Source: Entomortierella parvispora E1425 (lineage: Eukaryota; Fungi; Mortierellomycota). From it: a DNA stretch of 64,000 nt. The position numbers and the translations under genes were made by a program. This document shows positions 32,626 through 45,917 of this stretch, piece after piece. Numbering within the stretch: the stretch's first letter is position 1; every line of letters starts with the position of its first letter. The stretch spans positions 1 to 64,000 of the forward strand of contig BQFW01000008.1 in NCBI GenBank assembly GCA_020891255.1, given 5' to 3'. A model generated the notes under the pieces. That model saw only the letters and a list, made by a program, of their open reading frames with translations, had not been told where the DNA came from and ran no database searches.

Positions 32626-33551
32626 ATGTACACTCCCGCAGTTGAACAGGCCAAACGTGCTGCCCAGGAATACGAACAGGAGCACCATCGGCAACCACTC
32701 GAAAGTCCCGTGAGCGACCCACAGCGACAAGCTCTAGGCGAGAAGCTCTCCGGCATCGAACGCGAAATCATTCAACAGGAGCAGGAGCGACATGAACTTA
32801 TCGAGGAGCGCATGCGAAAGTCCATGGAGGAGCCTTCTCCTTCTCACTCCGAGCCAGAAAAGACGCAGCACGATCTTATCCCCCCTTCCCTGCCGCCTCG
32901 CGTGAAAAAAGGCGGGTCTGTTGCTCTCTCTTGTTGCGCTGATTTCCAACTTATTCCTTTGGGTGGACCAACGCCTTCTTACCTGGATTGCATGAGGGCG
33001 GTTGAGGATGTGCTCAGGAAACTCGGTAAGCTGGAAAGGGAGTACCTGTTGTACTGAGAAACCCGAAGAAGAGCTCTCGTTCTGATACTAACATCCGTTT
33101 GATGGCTACAAAACAAAATGATAGGCGTTCGCTATGAGGTGCACGAGCAAAGCACCGTAAGTCTACAATGTCGACATGCAGTTCCCTCGAGGAGATGGCG
33201 TCCAGCTTTGACTCACGACTTACCTGTTTCATCTCGTTTACTTTATTGCTTTCCTGGAACTGGATGAACAAAGATCATGCATGGCAACATGGCCGATCTC
33301 TGTGATGCCGTACGATTGTCCCAGGAGGTTGTTCATGCTCTGGGCTGCCAGCGTGTCATTTCAAAGTAAGGAGTCTGTTCTTTCTTTCTTTTTTTTTTTT
33401 TTTTTTTTTGTCTGAAGATGATCAGTCTGACCAGCCGATGACCAACTGATCGTCATAATCTCCTCATCCTCCCTTCCATCGTCAATCTCCTCAACTTCCC
33501 TTCCCTAGCGTGCGCTTCGCCACTCGCTCTGATCGACCAAAGGAGCAGTGA
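32626..33551 (+). CDS. UPF0045/MTH1187 thiamine-binding-like (Ecm15-like) protein with a long N-terminal extension; 4 exons
   Basis: CADFQLIPLG...YLDCMRAVEDVLRKLG|VRYEVHEQST|IMHGNMADLCDAVRLSQEVVHALGCQRVISN|VRFATRSDR. Splice phases are consistent. Confidence 0.8.
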
Positions 33552-33960
33552 TCCCGGAACCGAAATCTCCTCAATCCCAAGACCACGGGATTGTCAGACG
33601 CCAGACTCCTTTTACGCGAACTCCATTCGTCATTTCAACAACAATAAGACACCAACCTTGGATGGAATAAAGGCTCCATCTCATCGTGGTCAACTGACCG
33701 AACAAATAATAATTTCACATGCACCAAATCCAGTTTGAGAGCGGGAACAAAATCTTATATTTTTTGGGGTTGCCAGAAAGGCAGGCAGGGGGAGTGTGGA
33801 GAAAGAGCATTTCAATTTTTTGATCAGCCAGTTCGGAGAATCCGAACATGGGTGTTGTAAGAGTGGGGAGTGGACGGAAAGTCAGTTGGGGGACGACGAG
33901 TTTCGACGGCGGGGAGAGAAAATACAAATACAATGGCAGCGTGGTGTTGGGTAAGTACGT

Positions 33961-35007
33961 CTAAGTCGAAGCTGAAGCCTCGGCAGCTTCTTGGAATTTC
34001 CTGCTACGAAGTTCGAATTGTTGGCGTTCAAGGTCGGCTGCCCAGAGTGCAGCTCTATGGTCGATGAAAAAAAGGGGATTAGAAGGTCGATCACTTGAAA
34101 GTGAGGGCGATCAATTCAGGACCAAAAAGTCATTTTTACCCTATCGTGTTGGTGAATCCAAAGATGATGCCCACAAAGGGAAGCAACTCCAAGCCTTGAG
34201 CAATGACACCAAAGGCCGTGTACGAGGACTACCAGCGAAGAGTAAAAGAGTAAAAAAAAAAGTGATCAGTGCTAAATATGACGGTTCAACCATGTCCACC
34301 AAGAATGGTCCACTGTCAAGTCTTACCTTTCTTGATTTGATCCAGTCGTCTCGCTCCTGTTGAGTCATGCCCTTCATGTCAAAGTAGCGCCTATGGACAT
34401 ATGGACTTCTCGCTCTTCCATTGATGTAACAGAATGCCATCGGTCCAGCCACTGGCACAAAGTTGAGTGGCAAGGTCATCAGCCACAATCCCATCCTCTG
34501 TCCAAAATGCGACGACGACGCCACTGCCTTGTCCACAGCCTTGTGAGGATGGACTCCATGTAGGCCGCTCCATTCCTTGGACTCCTGTGGGCTCGAGACA
34601 CGGATCATGCCATTGTCCGAGATCTGAGCCAAAGGTCCAACCTGGACATTATCCTTGTTGATAATGCTCTGGAACAGTCCCTTGGTCTTTTCCTTTTTGA
34701 AGACCTCGCCCATGATGATGGCGACTAGGAGCGAGGACTCGCCCATAGTCAGGAACATTGTTGACCACGTCTGGATTCCGATGCCAAGGACTTTGATGCC
34801 TGCCAGCTTTGGAAATGCAGAGTCCATGACGTTGGTGATAAGCCGGTTTTGGTACTTGAACGTCAAGGCGATGAGCGGGGTGATCGTCGAGACAGCCACT
34901 CCAAGGGCCCAGCAGAGAGAGCGAACAAACTGGGGGCCAAGGAGGGCAATGTTCCTACTCAGGTATATCATTCCCATGACGGGATAGGCGGGTGCGGGCA
35001 AGACCAT
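33961..35007 (-). CDS. EI24/Rrt8/Lds-family membrane protein; 3 exons
   Basis: AYPVMG, LPLNFVPVAGP, HRRYFDMKG, YTAFGVIAQGLELLPFVGIIFGFTNTIGAALWAADLE. Confidence 0.85.
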
Positions 35008-35969
35008 GGTTGTATAGGTTCGTGTATAATTTGGTTACAGAGACTGAATGTTGATGCTGTGGACTCTATAGAGATGAGCGAGTTGTCCACTGTCGAATGC
35101 GAGTCTAGCAGCTGCAAAAGAAAGAAGAAAGAGAATGAAGGTGAATAATGAGCGAGGAATGAAAGAAGAAAGAAAGACTAAGGTGAACACGAACAGAGCA
35201 GACAAGGCCAGCCCCACTGCAGCACCCTGCGCCCAGGTCGGCAGGTGCCTGCACTCATCAAATGCAATCCCATTCCTGATTCCTCTCTTTGTGTTTTGCG
35301 CCCTTTCCGTCCTTTCCTCATTGCTCCCTCCTGCATTCTTCATCGATCCTGCTCTGTTCATTGACACCACGGGAGCGTTGTTTTTGAGCCTTCGTTCGTT
35401 CCATTCCAAAAGTGACGCTGCCGCTCCACGTGTCGGTGTCGTCCTTGCTCGTCGTCTTCACACTAAAATAGCTTCCTGGAGCAGTTACGCGGACCTAGCA
35501 AGGACCATAGCAGGATCTATTACCAATTGTTGGGACAGTGATGTCTAGTTGGGTTGTTGAGTGAAAGAAAAGAAAGGGAGGGCTCGGTGCAGTTGACAAA
35601 ATCACCTGGCTCCTTGGGACACAGAATGAAATTCAAGGAAACCCCACAAAATACAAAATTGCTGGGGCAGCTGATCTAGCACCAGCGCCAAGGACTTTGT
35701 TGACTTGCATTAACTGCACAGCGTTCAGAGGCCTGTACCAACAAGACGGTAGCTCACTTTCGGCTCGGCAAACAGGAGTGCCGATCCAGCTTGCTTACAC
35801 CAGATCATTGAATGGAATGGCAAGATATTTTATCAGGATATTTTTTTTTTCTACATGAATATGATGACTTTGTGAGGAGAGGACAGAGAAAGGGTTTCAA
35901 AAAAGAATGAACAATTTCAAAAAAAAAAAAAAAAAAATGAGGGAAATGGATATCGAGACTCCAGTGGTT

Positions 35970-38323
35970 TTAGGCGTAACAGTAGGCAACTCCCAGCAGT
36001 GGAGGTCCACAAAACATGCCGAGCCAAAAGAGTGCATTGGCGAGACGTGGCTTTTCCCGGACGGTCTTGTTGTTGCCCATCCAGATCAGAGGCAATTGGA
36101 ACATCTGTAGGACAAACAAGTACAGACGGACTTTCCGGGTCACTACCATCATGACCAGCTCGTGCACACAGGATGACAAAAAAAACGTGGCTAAAGCGGC
36201 GTTGGATTTGGAGAGGTGGAACGACTCAATACTGGAGTCGTAAACGTGGCGAAGCAAAAAGTGATGCACGGGCTTGTTCCACTTGCGTGCCCACTCGTCA
36301 AAACTGACACAGTTCCACCAATCTTCGTAAAAGTTGCGATCCGCAAATCTGGGAAGAAATAAATGATATTGGTTAGAACGCGAACAGCAACTGAACATTA
36401 TATCAATACTGTCACTCGAAAGAGGCGTAGCTAACTCACCGGCTCAGTTCGGCGAATGCGTTGCAGATGCACTCAAAAATAATATAGAAAATCATTAGGT
36501 AGTTCATCATGAAGGGTATCAAGAGCAGCACCAGTGCTCTGAGGGGCGAGATTGTGGGGTCAAACACAACCGGATAGATGTAATGCTCCGTGGTAAGATA
36601 GAGCAACGTGAAGGTGCCCAGGGTCGCCACCGACTTCTCAAAGACATACATGGGACGGATCCTAAGAATAGTAAAAACACGCAACATTGAAGGTCAGTTC
36701 CCCTTCATTGCCCATCCACCCTCACAGTCCATGATCCAAAAAAAAAGTTGCTTACTTTGTTGTGCGTGGATACTGGAGCTCATAAATGAGAGAGGGGACG
36801 ATCAAATAGTCGACAAAGTTGGCGATAGTAACATTGGCGGGCCATAGCTCTCCGTTTTGGCATTTAAGGTCGCTCCTGAGCTCCTCAATTTCTGCTGCCA
36901 GTACGTTTGAATTCAAGGTCGCAGGCTCCTGCAGAAGGGCAGCAGCAGCTTCAGAGGCAAGACGGTGGTGTCGATGGGCAGTAAGATCCTGATCGCTGTC
37001 GGTGGTAGTGTCATTAGGTGAGGGGGAGCCCTGCAGAGGCGAGCTACTCTCTGACGAGGTATCCGCCTCAGTGTCGTGAGGTTGGTCATCAGTGGTATTG
37101 TGGTCATCGGCTGTCATGGCATCGTCCTTCTTGTGTTGGGCATAGGCCTGCTCTGCCTTTTTCAACAAGATCAACTTTTCTGAAAGTTCGCCATTGTAGG
37201 CGATATAGGAGTGGATCTTCATCAACATCGTGATAGCATGCAGCGTAAAGAATCCTGACTGGACCCATGGCCAATCTCTATTTTGTGTTGCAAACAAGCG
37301 GGGTCAGTCAGCCAAATCTATTTTTGCCACCAAAATTGAGCCAAGGATCTGATTAATTTACCTCCAGATGGTCCATGCGATCGCCACAAGCAGAAACAAA
37401 AGCTGGACGCAGTGCTGGACAACCATGCCAACGTTTTGGTAACGGATCCACCCCTTGGCAATGATCTTGATCAACAAAAATGCAACGCCAGTCGACAGCA
37501 CCAGGCCAAAGTCACTGACTGCCAACATGATTGCGTCCTGAGAAAAAGAAGAGAACAGGGTTCCTCCAAAGGCTTTCCCGACCCGAGTCCATTCTTCATC
37601 GAACGTGATCACGCCGTAGGCTCCCATAACGATCCAGAAAAGTGTGTGAAAGCCTCGGAAAGGATCTTGGTTCTTGGTCAAGGCTTCGGGATCCAGCCTC
37701 GAACTGCGTGGTTCAAACGTAGGACGGCGGACCTTTCTCTTCTTGGTCGTTATGGTTGTTGTAGAGATATGATAACCTTCTGTAGAGCTTGGGGTTCCAG
37801 GACCAGCGCTGGACCGGGTACTGGCGAGAGAACTATTGCTGGGAGAACCTGACAACTCGCCTCCAGAGGGCGATCCATTGTCGTTCTTTTGTTGTCCAGG
37901 CAGTTTTGAAAAAGCTAGAGACGACAGATCCTTGGCGGCCGAGGAAGACAATGACGTGGGCGGAGCTCGAAAGGTCGCGAAGGTTGATTGTGTCTTGTTT
38001 GTCATAGTGGTGTCCCCCTCGACTGGCAACCCTGAGTCGGCACCTGTCTGGTCCTCCTGCTCGGATCCATTGCCATCCGAAGGTGTTGTGGACTGGCTCT
38101 GGTGGTGGTGCGAAACTGAGTGCTGGTTGACTAGGGTATCGAGGCCCTTGAGGGACTTGAGGCCCTTGGGGATCTTGGTAGTGGTGGTGGTGGTGGTCTG
38201 TGTCAAGGTTGTGTCCTCCTCGTCCACGATCTCTTGGCTGTGGTTATCCATGTCCTTGAGCAAGGTTCTTGGGGAGGGGTCTGCGGGGGGGGTGAGCAAG
38301 GCACAGTCGGGATCAGCTGTCAT
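35970..38323 (-). CDS. MBOAT sterol O-acyltransferase (Are1/Are2/ACAT-like); start may lie further upstream
   Basis: FRGFHTLFW, MKIHSY, LIYELQYPRT, FYEDWWN, WNKPVHHFLLRHVY, SSCVHE (catalytic His). Confidence 0.95.
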
Positions 38324-40338
38324 GCTGTGGTGGTTGGCGGCGTGGAATGGATCCTGTTTCGAGGCAATGTGCTAACGGAGAGGGAGTGAAGGAGAAGAAC
38401 AATGAAGAGAAGGAGAGAAGAGAAGAGAACAAGAGAAAGGGAAAGAGGGGGAGAAAAACTGAAACGGAATGCAGAGGAATGAATGAATGACGAGAGAAAG
38501 GAAGAAAGAAAGAAAGAGAAAAAAAAATGTGAGTAAAGTAAAAGGTGAAGAGACACGAAGAGAGGACAGCAGGACAGGACTCAAGGCAGAACAAGGCAGG
38601 AAAAGGGGGCACGGATGGGTACAGCGTGTCTGGTTTGTTCTGTTTGTCTGTTTGCGCGGCCTTGGGATCGGCTCAAGGGCGGGCGACACGCGCAAGGACG
38701 AAGGATGAAGATGAAGGGGAGCGTGAACCAGAAGAGGGATGCCCGTCAAGAGAGCACCCTTCCGGAAGTGCTCTCCTCTCTTCTCTCCACGACGCACTTC
38801 TTGTTTCTCCAAAGGGTGCGAGGAAGGGCGATGATGCTGACGATGCCTCTCTTGCTGCTGCTCTCTGATGCTTGTGAAATTGACCACAGAGAGCCAGAAA
38901 AGTGGTCGAGTGCTCCATGTGCATGTGTTCGCTTTGGGTGGTGCGCGTGCAAGTACTCTACCTTGATGTAGCGAACAAGGGCGAGATGGAGTCCGAGAAG
39001 CAGAGAAGAAGAGGGAAGAAAGTGAATTGACTGGGATGATACTTTGGGGGCACAGCGTGCCTTTTATATCGATCCTTGTGCGCATGGACGCAAGTCCCCT
39101 CGGGAACAAGGGGGAATGATCTCGGCATTCATGTTTCCCCCTTGAGCTGAGTATTGCAGCTCCGTCTCATGTAAGGAACGGAGAGCAATGATGAAAGCGA
39201 TGATATCAGCCATGGACAACCTCTCTTCCCCGGACAAACGCACAGCCGTGGAAGGCAAATAACAATTACAGAATAAGAAAAAAAAACTCGAACGACCGCA
39301 GCCAGTCGGATCGGATCGTCGCCGTCGAACAATTGGCAGGTCGGGAGAGTGACTGATCGAGATCGGGCCGTCTGCTGGTCTCTCTGAAATGTTGGTCTTC
39401 GAAATATCAAGGACTCCCAAGACAACTCCCCTCTTCCTTCCTTCCCTCGCTCCTTGTGGTCTGGGCCACTGCGCACGACCTCGACCTCGCTTGAAAAAGC
39501 AAGTGTCGTCCCGCAAATAGGTTCTTTCTCCTTCTCTCTCGCTTTTGTTTGGGTGTTGTTTCTCTTTGTTTTGGCCATCTGTAACTTTTCGTCATCAGGG
39601 CTTGTTGGACCGTGCAGAGAAAATAAAAAAACACAACATGGACGACTTCAACTTGTTCAGCTTTGTCTTTGTGATATATGACTTTATCGCAGGCAAGACA
39701 TGGCAGCAATTGTCTGCTAACAGCTTTCAAGAGGACGTGACATGTGGGCCATGACGGACAGGACACGAAAACAAAAGAGTCAGCAGTCTCTTCGCAGCTC
39801 GTCCTTGCGCGCGTGTTCGTTTCCAAACCACCGATCCTCTCACGCACGATCCATAAAGTGTTGACGCAGTGGCCCAACAAGGAAGGGAGGCTTCTTGTTT
39901 GTTGCACTGTGTCACTCACTGCAGGGAAACAACCCCTCACACGATGTGATTGTGCTTCCCCTATTCGCTTTTTTGGCCAGTCGTCGATCTTCCCTTTCCC
40001 TCCACATGGACACACAACTAACCATGTGGGGCTGCATTCCAGGCCTTGGACGCTTTTTCATCCTGCATGTCCTGCATCGTGCGCTGGGTCGTGGCACAAA
40101 TCGTCGCAAAGGGACGGGAGGCACGTCCCGAAAATGTTCTTGTACCTCCCGTATCCTCTCGGGAGCGTTGTTCTGCCTTGCCATCTCCTTCCTTTTCACC
40201 CCTTCCTTTCCTTTTCCGCCAAAGCCAGGTTTTTGTTTCCAGTTGTTATCTTCTAGAGGAAAGAGAGTCTACTCTTACCCGTCATATTTATCAAAGTCTA
40301 TTCAAACGAAACTATCCCAATTGACCATGCTTGAACAT

Positions 40339-41004
40339 CTACTTGAACAAGATAAAGTGAACGCTGTCATCGGCAATGATCGCGTACAAGGCCGACAACA
40401 ATGCTCCAACGCTCAAAGCTGTTCTTGCACCATGAACCAGGTTCCAACGGCTCAACAAACGATCCACCACACTGTCATCGCTCTCGCTGTCCTTCAATGA
40501 GTTAGCCTTGCCCTGAACAGTGTTGGCCTCCCGGATCGCAATCAGCTTGTTGCTAATGGGTCTCAATCCAAGGATAGACAAGGGGAACGTCAAGGCGAGG
40601 GCAACAGCAGAGTAGAGATAGAAAGGGTTCTTGGTCTTGTGGAACAATCCGGCGTTCGTGGCTACACCAACGGCAGTCAGGGACAATTGTTGCACTGCGC
40701 AAAGGAAAAAAAATTGAAATCCCCATCCGAAGGGAGTGTCAGACGTCTGAGAAAAGAAAAAAAAAAGGACCTGACTACAAGACTAAGAAGAAGAGTCGAA
40801 GATCTTACCCTTGCTGACTTGGAAGCTCTCGTGCCAGATGGCAAGCGAAGACGAAGAGGAGAACTTGCGGAGCGAGGGCATGATGACGGTGTTGAAGGTC
40901 AAGGCAGTTCCAGCGTAGAGACCCAAAGAAGTGACCGCGATCATCTTGCCAACCAGCAAGGTGTTGTTGCTGTTGGCGAATGCCTGGAATTGATAGTTGA
41001 CCAT
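40339..41004 (-). CDS. DUF1772/anthrone-oxygenase-like small membrane protein; 2 exons
   Basis: SLGLYAGTAL...IMPSL...WHESF and PISNKLI...LLSRWNLVHGARTALS. GT-AG intron 40808-40695. Confidence 0.8.
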
Positions 41005-41330
41005 TGTTTGAAGCTGTCCGTGTGATGGGGATGGGTGTTGGGGTGTGTGGGAAAGGTGTTGGGTGGTGGGAAGAAAAAGTAGAAAGAAAGAAAGGAAAGA
41101 ACCGAAAGGCGATCACCGAAGGCTCAATTTTTTTTTTCCAATTTTGAACCCACACTTTGTCCAACAGGTGCTACCTTCGAAAATCACGAAGCGCCGTGCC
41201 GGATGCAGCCAATTGCATCCTACCCGACATAGAGATCGATCCGAGGCACCCACTACCTCAACCGACCCACGTAAGCGTAACGACACCACTTTGAATTTTT
41301 CTGTCCCTTCTGTTTTATTTTTTGTTTCGC

Positions 41331-44300
41331 TTAGAAAATATCATCGTCTTCCAGGTCCCACTTGAGCTGCTCAGGACGTTCCGCAGTGGCTCCGCATCTC
41401 TCACGCTCAGCCCAGTAGGTAAGACGGCCAGCCTGCTGCATTCCAGTTCCCTTGGGCTGTCCAGGCAGATCTCGTCCCACAAAGTCCCATCCATCATCCT
41501 GGGCATTCCTCTTGAACCAGCGAGGCTCAAACTCTTTGCCAGGGGGCAAGAGTTTTCTCTTGGCTCTCTGCTTCTCCTCCAGACGTTGCTTCTCTGTATT
41601 GGCCAGGTCGAACTCTGCATTCTCCATGGCACGCTGATCGGGTCGAAGTCGCGAATCTGTAGGGCACAAATGTTTCTTGAGCTCCTCCGGGCAATCGTTC
41701 AGCGTCATAGCAAAGGGAGTCAAGTTGAAGGGGGTAGGTCCTGACACAGGATCTCTCTTCCAGAGCAATAGTACCTGCTTGGGTCCAAAGGAAGCCGCTC
41801 CAGAGCGTGACTTGCCATGTTGCGAAGTCGCTGGTGAACAGGCGCGACCCAGCTCACCCTGGTCGTCCTCAGCCACCTGGACAGCACCAGCAGCGACAGC
41901 ATCGCTACCAAGATCCTCGCCGCCTTTGCCTGCACGACGAGCGACCAAACGTTCATTCCAGCGACCAGCCACTTCCCACACTTCCTTGCCTCTGGCATCC
42001 AGGGCATGGCCTCTGATCTCGTAAGCATCCTTGCCTCTCCAGCCACGTGCCTTGAACGTCAACAGACAGGTTTCTCCGGTGCGATGATTGGTGATGACCA
42101 TGTCACCATAGTTGTCGATCCATGGCGTTCCAACAATCAGATTCTGGACACATGTCGTCACCTTTCTCCATGAATAATGTTCGATAAACCTCGAGGGGTC
42201 ATTGGGGTCATCCAGTAGCTCTTGTGAGCCCTCCGCAAACGCCTTTGGAACCTTGAGCTCAACATGAGACGTTCCCTTGGGCATCACCTCAAAGGACTTG
42301 CCCCAGAACTTTGACTTTACATCAACCTCGGCATAGAAGTTATAATTGGGCGAGTCGCAGTAACAGGCACTGATGGGCTATACAACAAAATACAAGCAAA
42401 GAATGGTAAGAGTGAGAACTGGGTGTCATCACGGCCTGCATGCTAAAGAACAAGATACATCACTTACAGGATGATGCGAAACTTGCTCAGAGATGTAACG
42501 GAACTGCTTCTCCTTGTGGGTGTACTCGTACGTCTCACCCAACAGTGGGTTGAAGGGCTTGGCCACACGACCAATGGTGCTTGAATAGTTACTCATTGCA
42601 AAGGCTGCAATAAACAAAATACGCTCAGTGGCGCCACGCTGTCGGACTGCCTTGTCTAAAAGTTCGATATACTCTGCATCCTCGGCCATACGCTGCAACA
42701 TGGACGTGGGCTCGTTGAAGTAAACAGGCAGCGTGATCTTGGACAGATCTTTACCGATGGAGTTCTTCAAAATCGCCCACAAAGACACATCGGGTCGGAG
42801 AGAAGTTTGCTTGGTAGGAAGGCGAGTGCGAAGCTCAGTAGGGTAGCCCATGAAGGATGGTGCGATGTAGGGATCGGTAGACCCCTCTGTGGCCGTGATG
42901 TTCGCTTGTACGGGTCCCTCGTTCTCATTGCCGACTGTCTCTATAACCTCTTCGTCCTCTTCGTCCTGGTCAAACTCCACAATGTCATCATCGCTTGCAG
43001 CATCAAAGAATTCGTCCTCAGACTCGGCATCCGAATCATCCTCGACACCATCCACGGGGACTGGGCCATCATTAGAGGCTCTGGGTGGGTTAGGTGTCAT
43101 ATCTGTTGGTGCAGATGCTGAGACTGGAGTTGCGGATTCTGTTGCCTGGCCAGGGGGGGCGGCAATCGTCGAAGCGATGGATGTCGCAGTCATCAGGGTT
43201 GGGGTGCTGGCTTTTGAGCGAACCGAGCGACTCTTCTTCATTTTCCTGTTGCTCTCCTCTGTCTGCTTTAAGATCCTCTGCATCTCTAATTGCTCCTCTG
43301 ACAAGACTTTAAGACTCTCCTCCCAAAGTTCACGCTTTTGAGATTCCTGCTCCAAAATTCTCTTCCAGTAATCCTCGCGGTCCTTTGTCATCTCGTGAAG
43401 TTTTTGGACAGAGCTCTTGATGGCAATAGAGGTTTCGTGGGTGGCGAGAGTAAGCTTCATGATCTCGGAATCCTCTGGGATCTCGGCGGCTCTCGAGAGT
43501 CGAATGAGGTTTTCGCTCATCTCAGTCTGCATCTGGATCTGTGTCTGCACATAGTTGTTCATGGTCACAAACGATTCCGCGTGAGGAAGGGAGTTTTGCT
43601 CCCGACCGTCAATGCTGACTGATGAGGACCGTGACCGTTGAGGTCTGATTGACTCTGATCCGTCTGTGGTGGTGGAACGACCTCTCGACATACTGGGTTC
43701 AGAAAGTTTTGATCGGATGGAGTCGGAGGCTTGCAGCTGGAGACTAGGACGGGATCCTATGAAAGAGGGGCGATCGTTGGCTGCAGTGTCTTCGATCCAC
43801 TGCTTGGACTGAGTCAAGGCCAGGATCCAGCGTTTAGCTTCATTGGCGTGTCCAGCCTTCAGGTGGTACCGAATGGATCCTTTGCCAATGATATCAAAGC
43901 GCTGCTTGTCTGTGGAATCGATCCAGACCTTGGCGATGCGCAGGTTGATGCTGCCACGGCAAGCGTTGCCTGCATCCTCTTGATTATGAAAATAAGACAG
44001 AATGCCGTCTTCCAAAACAAACCACCTGGCCTTGTAACCCGTCGCATAGTTGGTCCACTTGAACAATGTTCCTTCCAATCTTGGTGGCTGTCCAGGGGTC
44101 GTGGCGATCAATGGCGCAATGGTGCCTAAAATAAAACATGACGATGGTTAGTAAAACACCTCAATTGATCCCATAGCAGACTGATCTACTACGCTTCGCC
44201 GTGCTAACGCCGCGTCTCTTACCAGTTGAGCGCGAGTCCCGCAGAAGGTTCTTGATCTTGGTATCCTTGGTCACATCTGCTGCAGTTTTGCCTTTCTTGT

Positions 44301-45434
44301 CCCGAAGAAGAGTATCAATGCCTTGATCCAAACACCACTGCACCATGGACATATCCTTGCGTCTGCTGGCAGAATGCAGAATCGTGGAACCCGTTTCTGT
44401 ATCCTGATGACTGATGTTGAGGACGAACGAAGCGCGAGGATGGTCAAAGAGTCCAATAAGGCTGGCCAGATCGCCCGATTCTGCAAACTGGTGCATAAGA
44501 GTGGTTGCATGCGAAAGATACTCGGTTCGATGGGCTATTAGGGTCGAATCAGCGTTAACGACATGCCCCACTTTGATTCATGATGCGGGCTTCCTTGGCC
44601 GGGATTCATTTTTGGGCTGTTTTTTTCTTTCTTTTCTAGCAGCGATAAAAAGGTGCCTACCTTTCAGAACAACGCGAACCTCGGGTGTAGAGGCAACATC
44701 GAAAGCGCTTTTGCCTTTGTGGTCCAGAATACCATCGTTGACATCGTTCTTGGACAATAAAAGTTTGACCACGTCCAGACGTCCCATGCTGGAGGCGAGA
44801 TGAAGCGCCGTATATCCATGATGGTCTCTGGCGTTAAGATCGACCTGGGGCGTGTTGTTGAGAACATATTCAATCACTGGAAACTGGGCGCACTGGACTG
44901 CAAGGTGGACGGGCGTGGTTTGAGAGCCTTGAGGGGGACCATCAAAGGACTGGGTGCTGGAGACGGTGCCTCCAGGAGTGTTTGCAACAGGGAAGGAAGC
45001 TGCACCTCTGTAGGTTGGCAACAAGGTCGTGAGGGCATTCAAGTCGCCTGCTCCCGCACAGGTAACAATTGAGAGGGGTGAGAACGTTGAAGGAAAGATG
45101 GCACCATTAGAAAAGATGAAAGGAAAAAAAAGAATAGAAAACTTGAAATGTCTCCAAGAGCATAAACTCTTTGGGCTAGGATGGCGGGTGTGTACCTTTC
45201 TGAAGGGCCTCGAGGATCTTGAGCATCTTCATGGGATCATCTACATGCAAAAGTCATGATGAGTCGAGAGTGAGTAGTCGAGTTCCTAAGAATTGTGGCG
45301 TTGAGTCTGTCTCTTTGGAGTGGACATGGGAACACACCTGGCGTCGAGGCGTTGGGTCTTGTTGACCCAGCCAGACTCACGTCCGAGCGCGTCCTCTGGG
45401 GGGTGGATCGCAAGAGCGATGGGACGGTGGACAT
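41331..45434 (-). CDS. Oxysterol-binding protein, Osh1/Osh2 type (ankyrin repeats, PH, FFAT, ORD)
   Basis: Ankyrin [66 protein letters not shown] and EQVSHHPP. Confidence 0.95.
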
Positions 45435-45917
45435 TGGGAAGGAGGAGGTCTTCCTGTTGCTGCAGGTGATGAAAAGAAGAGGGAGAGGAAGGATAACAGA
45501 AAATGAGAGGAATGAAGGGGAGAAAGTTATTCTTCAAGGGCAGGTGGGGAGAAGAGAAGGGGCTGGCTGACACAGACATTGCTCGCTATTTCCAGGCTGT
45601 GTGTGAGGAAATAACGGTGTCATGTTCAATTGCACACCCACACCCACACTTGCACACTCACTCACTCACTCTCTGTTTCTGACCCACGCTTTTTTTTTTT
45701 TTTTTTTGGCTTTCGTCGCACTTCCCTTTCCCCTTCCTCACTTTCCTCCTTGCTCGTTTTCATCAGCATTCCTGCATCGGATCAAGCATCGGCAGCCTCT
45801 CCGCTCAAAGTGACCTTTCGCATACCTTTACGCCGACCCAGCTCCTCCGAGAAATTGCTCGCCCCAGACCAGATTCCTCGTCATCCACCCACCCAAGAAG
45901 TGCTGTAAACCGCCACC

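Noticed and set aside
38372-40330. Several 100-250 aa ORFs upstream of the sterol acyltransferase
   Set aside because: Low-complexity and motif-free; I could not build a consistent spliced model.
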